A DNA stretch of 32,371 nucleotides from assembly GCA_045631765.1 (NCBI GenBank), contig JAZQVK010000027.1, positions 1 to 32,371 on the forward strand. The letters are read 5' to 3'. This DNA is from Eubacteriales bacterium. GTDB lineage: Bacteria > Bacillota > Clostridia > Oscillospirales > CAG-272. Each line of letters begins with the position of its first letter. Within the stretch, counting starts at the first letter, position 1. The notes under the pieces were generated by a model. That model was not told the origin of the DNA. It was given only the letters and a program-made list of their open reading frames with translations, and did not search any database. Position numbers and translations under genes: made by a program. Below, piece after piece: positions 23,261-29,499 of this stretch.

Positions 23261-23605
23261 TTAACGATTTGCTTTCTTGCTTACAATGAGCTTATGCACG
23301 AACAAAAGCACGAGAAGCCCAACGAACAATGCCGCACCTGCCCGGTGAGCGATATTGAGCGCAGCAACGTCCTTAACCTTCATGACGATGGGGCCTGTGA
23401 TCAAAGCAATGCCGTAGCAGGCTCTCATAACGATCTCAAGCACGGGGATCCGCCACTCCTTTTTGGTTGCGGCGGTATATACGGCCAAAACGAAAATTCC
23501 GGCTACGGCAATGGCAATGTGTGCCGCCACGCCCGTTGCTTTGAACAAAAACAGTAAAATACCTACTACCAGCATGATGGGGGCAAAAATGAAGTCCTTT
23601 TTCAT
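23261..23605 (-). CDS. Small 4-TM membrane protein, unknown function
   Basis: 114-aa ORF with SD AAGGAA upstream; strongly hydrophobic. Confidence 0.6.
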   Translation of the reverse strand: MKKDFIFAPIMLVVGILLFLFKATGVAAHIAIAVAGIFVLAVYTAATKKEWRIPVLEIVMRACYGIALITGPIVMKVKDVAALNIAHRAGAALFVGLLVLLFVHKLIVSKKANR

Positions 23606-23634
23606 GGTGCATTCCTTCGATTTATGTAAAATAA

Positions 23635-24327
23635 TTATTGATCTTGGTTGTTTTTCGTTTTCTTCTTTCCCAACCTATCAAGCCCAAAGAAGGCAAATCC
23701 AACCGCAGCAAATACCACGCCAAGAATGCCGATCCACATAAGAACGCCCGTGGTACCTTGCGTATCAAGATTTACAAAGAAATACGGATAGATGAGAGGC
23801 GTGCTTGTGGTGGGGATCAGAATGGAGGTAACAAACTTCAAAATGATCGCCTGGATAAGAAGGAATATTGCGTATACAAGCGGAAACGCGATCGAAGCGA
23901 GGGGATAATACCACTTCATTTTCTTGCGCTCGTAAAACAAGAACCAGTCGGCTATGTAGAGAATGGGAAGCACGACGTGGAAGCACAGGCTGCCAACACG
24001 CCAGTTTGCCTGGGGATCGCGCCCTTCTGCGCCGGCAAGCATAATGTTGAATACAAGGAAGGTCAAAAGAATGCCAAGCATGCCGATAAATTTCAGCATT
24101 GGCGCGGCAGAAACGTAGCTATCCTCCTTCTTTTTTGCCGTCTGGATCAAAGCGGCAAGCATAACGCCGATGCAAAGGTAATTGCTGATGTTGGTGAAAT
24201 GCACGTAAAAATCCCAACGAATCGTTTGAATGTTATCAAAGATTCCCAGGCTTGCAATCATACCAACAAGGCCGAGCGTGCAATAGATGGTCTGATAAAT
24301 TAATTGTGCGGTTCTGTTTTTGATCAT
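23635..24327 (-). CDS. Pr6Pr-family-like polytopic membrane protein
   Basis: I set the start at 24327 (MIKNRTAQ...) because TAAGGAGA lies 7 nt upstream. 'DFYVHFTNISNYL' resembles the FT.xSN signature I associate with the Pr6Pr family. It has 6 TM segments. Confidence 0.6.
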   Translation of the reverse strand: MIKNRTAQLIYQTIYCTLGLVGMIASLGIFDNIQTIRWDFYVHFTNISNYLCIGVMLAALIQTAKKKEDSYVSAAPMLKFIGMLGILLTFLVFNIMLAGAEGRDPQANWRVGSLCFHVVLPILYIADWFLFYERKKMKWYYPLASIAFPLVYAIFLLIQAIILKFVTSILIPTTSTPLIYPYFFVNLDTQGTTGVLMWIGILGVVFAAVGFAFFGLDRLGKKKTKNNQDQ

Positions 24328-24347
24328 GATCATTCTCCTTAAGGCTT

Positions 24348-24620
24348 TCATGTAATATACAATACGAGCTTGCAATCAGCTCGTCGTATTCGTAGATAAT
24401 TTTCTTTGTTTACTGATTTTTGCCCTCTTGCGCTTGTCTTTGCTTTATCCATCGCCAAAAGCCGTGAAAGCAATCCGTTCACTTCTGATGCGAATACCGA
24501 AGCAAAGATTCCAATCAGCACGAATATGAGAGGAAAACGCGCCTTCTTTTCCACCAATATGGTCATGAGCAAGATCGGAACAGAAATCACGACAAATAAA
24601 ATATAAATTATATTGTCCAT
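24348..24620 (-). CDS. Small membrane protein, possibly a truncated remnant
   Basis: ATG at 24620 overlaps the upstream gene by 13 nt. The product starts MDNIIYILFVVISVPILLMTILVEKKARFPLIFVLIGIFASVFASEVNGLL, then has a non-hydrophobic, low-quality tail. The SD is weak. Confidence 0.35.
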   Translation of the reverse strand: MDNIIYILFVVISVPILLMTILVEKKARFPLIFVLIGIFASVFASEVNGLLSRLLAMDKAKTSARGQKSVNKENYLRIRRADCKLVLYIT

Positions 24621-25288
24621 TTTTCCACGCCTTTCTTTGCAGCGACCATCGTACAAACGCAAAGAACACAAAATACCACCGCCGCGATAGCCAGCGGAAT
24701 TGCTTCATAGTAATTCCACGCCGTCAAGCAAGCAAGCTCTGAAAAGCTAAGCAGCAAAACAAAAACGTGATAGGGCTTGAGTGATTTTATAAAGCCAAAA
24801 TCCAGATCGGGAAGCAAGACGTGCTTCAAATTGAAGTACACGCTGATGATAGCGGGTATCCAAACGAAGACATACACGACCTTCGTTGCTATTGCCACGT
24901 CCTCTACCAAGGCGTTAGGAATATACGAAAGCGCGGCCAAGAGGGGAGCCAGTAGCGCAATGAGCCTGGCAGGCCGCATTTTAGGAGAACCGTCATCTAC
25001 GATCCTATCAAGCTGTCCATAGCTTGCTGTAATAATAAACAAGAAAAAGCCGATACGCCCAAGGTACGCGGGGGTAAAGCCCTCTACAATGTTTTTTGCT
25101 GTAAGCATCTGGCACAAATGATACACGCTACCAAGTGCGTGGCTCGCCATCGCCATGGTAATGCTTTGCAAGAAGAGCGGCTTCCCTTTTTTGAAAAACC
25201 ACTTCAAGCCAAAAACAAAAGAAAACAGCACTGCAGCTAAGGGGGCAAGCTCTGCCACCCACAGACATACAAGCTCTATATGTTCTAT
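24608..25288 (-). CDS. Polytopic (~7 TM) membrane protein, unknown function; start codon unresolved
   Basis: The long ORF runs to 25540, but its first ~84 codons cover a terminator, an operator and a promoter and encode Cys-rich junk. A strong SD GGGAGGTG is followed 7 nt later by an in-frame ATA (25286-25288). No ATG, GTG or TTG lies at a usable distance. Confidence 0.55.
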   Translation of the reverse strand: MEHIELVCLWVAELAPLAAVLFSFVFGLKWFFKKGKPLFLQSITMAMASHALGSVYHLCQMLTAKNIVEGFTPAYLGRIGFFLFIITASYGQLDRIVDDGSPKMRPARLIALLAPLLAALSYIPNALVEDVAIATKVVYVFVWIPAIISVYFNLKHVLLPDLDFGFIKSLKPYHVFVLLLSFSELACLTAWNYYEAIPLAIAAVVFCVLCVCTMVAAKKGVEKWTI

Positions 25289-25440
25289 TTTGTGACACCT
25301 CCCATCACACACTGTAAAACATATGATAGCTACCTTCGGGTTAAGCCTTTGCCCTTCTTGGCAAGGCGGTTGAAGGCAAAACTGCTTCGAAAAAGAAGAA
25401 AATCGTATGCTACTACATATAAGATATAATATACAGAGAT

Positions 25441-25476
25441 ATTGTAGCATGGTGGGTGTTACAAAGGTGTTACAAA
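25441..25476 (-). promoter_or_regulatory. Operator A (TTTGTAACACC x2) plus -10 box
   Basis: On the minus strand: TTTGTAACACC-TTTGTAACACC (25455-25476), 8 nt, then TACAAT (25441-25446, preceded by TGC). The same 22-mer with the same 8-nt spacing occurs at 28665-28686. Confidence 0.6.
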
Positions 25477-25490
25477 CAGAGGATAAATTC

Positions 25491-25529
25491 AAAAAAAAGC
25501 AGCACCCCACCTTACGGTAAGGGTACCGC
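25491..25529 (-). terminator. Intrinsic terminator ending the 27087..28583 - 25553..25996 unit
   Basis: On the minus-strand RNA, GCGGUACCC...GGGUGCUGC forms a 9-bp stem including two G-U pairs, with an inner CCUUAC/GUAAGG helix. It is followed by U8 (plus-strand A8 at 25491-25498). It lies 24 nt after the stop at 25553. Confidence 0.7.
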
Positions 25530-25552
25530 CGTTTTTTCATTTTGCCTGTTGT

Positions 25553-25996
25553 TTAACAGCACGCCTTTCGTACTGCTCTTGCATAGTTAATATATTCCAA
25601 ATAGATAGTCACTTCAAGCAAAAGGCTGAAAAGCGTTGTGACATTGTCATATGCGCCGCCCCGGCTTATCATACGAGCGACGGGCTCGATAAGCCCCAGA
25701 GCAGCCAATACCAAAAGGATCACAGCCCAAACGATATGCCCCTTAGAGGGGGTGGGGTTCTTAGCGATTCGCAACCCCCGAACGCCTACGTAGACCTGCG
25801 GCAGCAGAAACAGCAGCGAGACCGCCAAAAGAATGATCTTTGTGATAAGCAACAGGTTTTCGGGCGCCCCTTCGGGGATCGTAGCATGGTTGAGCTTACC
25901 ATACAAAAGCTCGGCTACGATCTGAACCAGATAAACTCCTGCAAAAACCAACACGACAATAGATGATATTTTTAAGTTTTTTCTTGCTTGTTCCAT
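25553..25996 (-). CDS. Small 4-TM membrane protein (paralogue of 14187..14657)
   Basis: I set the start at 25996 (MEQARKN...) because GGGGGGAG lies 6 nt upstream. It shares the loop motif 'RIAKNPTPSKGHI' with the paralogue. Confidence 0.7.
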   Translation of the reverse strand: MEQARKNLKISSIVVLVFAGVYLVQIVAELLYGKLNHATIPEGAPENLLLITKIILLAVSLLFLLPQVYVGVRGLRIAKNPTPSKGHIVWAVILLVLAALGLIEPVARMISRGGAYDNVTTLFSLLLEVTIYLEYINYARAVRKACC

Positions 25997-26031
25997 AGTT
26001 TTCTCCCCCCAAGCATTGTGCTGTGCATAGA

Positions 26032-26928
26032 TCACTTCAAATATTCATCCAGATAAATGCCGCACAAATACGCCATAGACTGATTACTTTGATACTTTTT
26101 CTCGAAAAACGCAATGATCCTGCGTGGAACGATCACTTCTCCGCCGGCATCCTTTGCCTTGTTGTCATTTGCCAGTCTTTGTATAGCCTCTTCCACGGTA
26201 GGCAAATCATATTCCGCAGCGGTTTGATAATACCGCTCGGTCGCAAGCTTGTCGCGGCGATGCATGTTGTTATGTATTACTCTCAACAGGCATGCAATAC
26301 CAAAGCTCAAAAGCAGCATCAGAACCAATATGTAATACCACGGCATCAGATCCTCAAAGCGGTAGTGATCGCGCCAGCCGCCATTCTCCTCACCGATGAT
26401 GATGGCCAAAACGAGATATACCATAGCATAAAGAAACACGGGCAGAACGGCAATCAACGTAGCTTTGAATTTAACGGTATGATAAACGTTTACAAACAAA
26501 AAGGCTACGATCGCTATGATAGGAACGATCGTGTGCAGGAACAAATTTTTCCCTTCGATCATGATCGGCCCAAAGCCTGCCCGCGGCGAGAGAATAGCAA
26601 GCGCCACAAGGAAGGTCAGCGTGATACAGTTGACGCTTACGTAGGTCAAGACTACAATCCATCTCGGCAGATGGTAGTTTCTTTGGCGAATGCCGTCAAT
26701 GGCAAACGGGATCGTCATTGCCGATGCTACCCCAACGAGCATATTGGACAGAACCGTAAACATGCGAAACGTCTTTACGCCAACCTCCTCAACGATTTCA
26801 GTAGGGGCTGCCAACAAATTGATCACAATAGAAATAAAAACCAAAACAACGATGATCATAGAAAAGATCAGGTTTAACCAAGAATTCACCAAATGCGTTT
26901 TTTGCACGCCGCAACCGTTCACTACCAT
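26032..26928 (-). CDS. Polytopic membrane protein (Pr6Pr-like N-terminal region plus a cytoplasmic C-terminal tail)
   Basis: I prefer the start at 26928 (MVVNG...), with AAGGAG 9 nt upstream. 'FRMFTVLSNML' is similar to the FT.xSN motif of 23635..24327. It has ~6 TM segments and a ~70-aa soluble tail. Confidence 0.65.
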   Translation of the reverse strand: MVVNGCGVQKTHLVNSWLNLIFSMIIVVLVFISIVINLLAAPTEIVEEVGVKTFRMFTVLSNMLVGVASAMTIPFAIDGIRQRNYHLPRWIVVLTYVSVNCITLTFLVALAILSPRAGFGPIMIEGKNLFLHTIVPIIAIVAFLFVNVYHTVKFKATLIAVLPVFLYAMVYLVLAIIIGEENGGWRDHYRFEDLMPWYYILVLMLLLSFGIACLLRVIHNNMHRRDKLATERYYQTAAEYDLPTVEEAIQRLANDNKAKDAGGEVIVPRRIIAFFEKKYQSNQSMAYLCGIYLDEYLK

Positions 26929-27086
26929 AACAAACTTCTCCTTCATCCATGATATTTGCGCACCATTATGACATAGGGCGCGTTGCAAGGGATTACCTAT
27001 TCTAAAAAGCAAGAGCGCGCCATCGTTTTTTCCCCGCTTGGGATGCTTTTTGGATAGATGCTTCGCTGCTCTCTACCTTTACAGGT

Positions 27087-28583
27087 TCATTTTTCTAAAT
27101 ATTCCGCGTGTAGTATTTCAAACCGACCGCGATCTTGAACGGTGATCTTTTCATTTTGCGCGATCATCCACCTTGCCAGATCGCTAAAGGTAGAAATGGC
27201 GATAAGGCTCACCTTTTCCTCCGGCACGGTAAATCCGAAATACCGTTTGAATTTACACAGGCAATTTTTAGTCATGCCTACGGTATAGCTTCGCTCATCG
27301 TCAAGCGCTTCTCCGTTAAGGCCGATATATTCCACACGGCATCCACGCTCCTTATAGCGTTCCACGTCCGCGATCAGCTTGAAGCCCCGGCTGTATTGAA
27401 ACGTACCGTTCATAACCGAGCCATCCGGCTTCAAGGAGAACAGATACGAAAACGCCTGCCGCAGTTCTCTCCCGGTTAAGGTCACGTTTACAAAATTATC
27501 GTCATACGGATACAGCTTTTTTAGGGTCTCCAGCTTGACATCTGGGCCGCAGGATCTCAAACGAATGCTTCCTGATTGAACGATCACGAAATCGGGCCTA
27601 TAGATGTCGAGAAAGGCATCGGCTATCAGATCTCCAAGATCGGTCTCCTCCAGGCGACTTTTATGCTCGTAGCGCTCTGCCAGCTCGCAGATAAAGCAAT
27701 CATCCTTGCGTGCGTTTCTGTCATACAGAACGTGGTCAACGTAGCTGTCGGCCTCCATATCAAATTCGCAAAGCGAATCGTTGATCTCCACCAGCTCCCA
27801 TCGGTGCCCGACAATGCCGCCGTCTTGGGCATCTATCTCAAGATCCAGTCTGCCGATATGTGTCATCCCGTAATTTGACTGCACGATCAGCGTGCCGCCC
27901 ACGAGCTCTTCCCTCTCCATTTTAATATGCGAGTGTCCGCCAAGAATCACGTCTACCTTCATATCCGCAGGCATGCTCTGCGCAAGCAGCCGATCGCCCT
28001 CAATGCCGTAATGTGACATTACCACCGTCAGATCAATCTGCTCGTTTTTGTGCTTTCGGATCTCGGCTCGAATGGCCTCATACGTATCCTTATAGCTGAG
28101 CATCGTGCTGCAAAATTCATCTGCCATGATGCCATTCATAAAATGCTCGGGAATGACGCCGATGGCAAGTATTTTCACACCGTTTATATCATACACGCGG
28201 CTTGGCTCAAAAAGCGGCTTGTCGAGAGGCTGAACAAGCAGATTGGCACACAATATCGGCGTTCTGATACATTCCTTGAAAATAAGCAGGTGAGCAAGAC
28301 CGTACTCCATTTCGTGATTTCCAAGAGACAGAGCATCCGACATAATGAGATTCAGCAGCTTTACCGTATTGATCCCCTTGCTGCATGCATTCTGAATATT
28401 ATCCTGCAAAATATCTCCGCATATCGCACAAAATACGGCATCTTCTCTAAGGCGGACCCTTTTTATATATCCCGAAAGCAAGGAAATGCCACCTACGAGG
28501 GTATAGTCCTCTGCGATCTTAAAGCTGATCTGCCCGTGAAAATCGTTGGCATGTAATATCGTTATTTTTTTCGTTCTGCCCAT
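27087..28583 (-). CDS. Bifunctional metallophosphatase/5'-nucleotidase family protein, copy B (cytoplasmic)
   Basis: 498 aa with motifs HANDFHG, GDILQD, GNHEMEYG, MSHYG and GGHSH. It is clearly alignable by eye with 9195..10664 and has no signal peptide. Confidence 0.85.
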   Translation of the reverse strand: MGRTKKITILHANDFHGQISFKIAEDYTLVGGISLLSGYIKRVRLREDAVFCAICGDILQDNIQNACSKGINTVKLLNLIMSDALSLGNHEMEYGLAHLLIFKECIRTPILCANLLVQPLDKPLFEPSRVYDINGVKILAIGVIPEHFMNGIMADEFCSTMLSYKDTYEAIRAEIRKHKNEQIDLTVVMSHYGIEGDRLLAQSMPADMKVDVILGGHSHIKMEREELVGGTLIVQSNYGMTHIGRLDLEIDAQDGGIVGHRWELVEINDSLCEFDMEADSYVDHVLYDRNARKDDCFICELAERYEHKSRLEETDLGDLIADAFLDIYRPDFVIVQSGSIRLRSCGPDVKLETLKKLYPYDDNFVNVTLTGRELRQAFSYLFSLKPDGSVMNGTFQYSRGFKLIADVERYKERGCRVEYIGLNGEALDDERSYTVGMTKNCLCKFKRYFGFTVPEEKVSLIAISTFSDLARWMIAQNEKITVQDRGRFEILHAEYLEK

Positions 28584-28650
28584 AGTGCTTCCTGTTTGTA
28601 AATTGATTCCTTTGGGGGAATTGCTTTGTGATATGCGATATTATAAAACT

Positions 28651-28686
28651 ATTATAATACGGCAGGTGTTACAAAGGTGTTACAAA
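28651..28686 (-). promoter_or_regulatory. Operator B (TTTGTAACACC x2) plus -10 box
   Basis: On the minus strand: TTTGTAACACC-TTTGTAACACC (28665-28686), 8 nt, then TATAAT (28651-28656). It lies ~70 nt upstream of the 5'-nucleotidase-B start and directly downstream of the response-regulator gene. Confidence 0.6.
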
Positions 28687-28690
28687 ACCG

Positions 28691-28718
28691 AGAGCGACAG
28701 AAACTTTTCTGCCGCTCT
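28691..28718 (-). terminator. Hairpin after the two-component operon (terminator or attenuator)
   Basis: A 12-bp stem AGAGCGGCAGAA / UUCUGUCGCUCU on the minus-strand RNA (one G-U pair) with a 4-nt loop. It lies 7 nt after the stop at 28726. The trailing U4 is the first bases of operator B. Confidence 0.5.
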
Positions 28719-28725
28719 TTGATCA

Positions 28726-29499
28726 TTATTTGAACTGAAGCAGGGCGCAGGTCTCCTCTGCCCAGCTATACTGTGTCATGTATTCACCGTGAAATTCGGG
28801 CTTGCCGGTTTCAAGATAGCTGATATAATCGCACTTGATCAAGCTGGTATCGACACGGTAGCACGGGATCTCGTGGCACAAAACCGCCTCTGCCCCCACC
28901 GATTTCAGCGTGTTTTTCAGATCCATTAAGAGCTGGCGCAGATACGCTGCGTTTTTAGTTTCATCCGTATCGTCGGGAAACAGCACGGCACAGATCTGCT
29001 TTGTCGTCATGCCTGCCCCCTTTCGGTCTATGAGAAAAGCAAAGAGCTCTTTTGTTTTCAGACGCTTGAATACAAGCTTTTCTTCATTCACATACACCTC
29101 AAAATTACCGAAGCAGCTCACCCTAAGCAGCCTTTCCCTTTGTCGGAGACCATTAATGTTGTCGATTTCGCCTTGCACGTCCTCGGCTGCGATCGGCTTC
29201 ATCAAATAGCCCGAGGCGTGAAGCTTGAAGGCCGGAATGGCATATTCCTCATAGCCGGTGCAGAATACGATCTTACAATTCGGACGGGCCTCGATAATTT
29301 TTTCGGCAAGTGCAAGCCCCCCCATGCCACGCATATTGATATCCAAAAAGGCAATATCCGTAGAATGGCTCTTAACAAACGCAAGTGCTTGCTCACAATC
29401 GGAAAACTTTGCGACCTCCGTAATATCGGGCGAAGCCTCGATGGCCGCCACCAAGGCACCAAGCATCAACGCTTCATCATCCACTGCTATGGCAATCAT
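28726..29499 (-). CDS. Response regulator: REC domain plus a C-terminal winged-helix (OmpR/SARP-type) DNA-binding domain
   Basis: 257 aa. The REC part reads 'IAIAVDDEALML', 'DIAFLDINMRGMGGL' and 'KIVFCTGYEEYA...GYLMKP'. The output part 'LRVSCFGNFEVYVNEEKLVFKRLKTKELFAFLIDRKGAGMTTKQICAVLFPD' follows the SARP/BTAD N-terminal wHTH pattern. The start overlaps the HK stop (ATGA) and has SD GGAGG. Confidence 0.8.
   Translation of the reverse strand: MIAIAVDDEALMLGALVAAIEASPDITEVAKFSDCEQALAFVKSHSTDIAFLDINMRGMGGLALAEKIIEARPNCKIVFCTGYEEYAIPAFKLHASGYLMKPIAAEDVQGEIDNINGLRQRERLLRVSCFGNFEVYVNEEKLVFKRLKTKELFAFLIDRKGAGMTTKQICAVLFPDDTDETKNAAYLRQLLMDLKNTLKSVGAEAVLCHEIPCYRVDTSLIKCDYISYLETGKPEFHGEYMTQYSWAEETCALLQFK

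Noticed and set aside
25289-25540. N-terminal 84-codon extension of ORF 24608..25540
   Set aside because: It overlaps the terminator (25491-25529), operator A and the -10 box. It encodes a Cys-rich, non-membrane, implausible peptide. The real gene must start downstream of the promoter.
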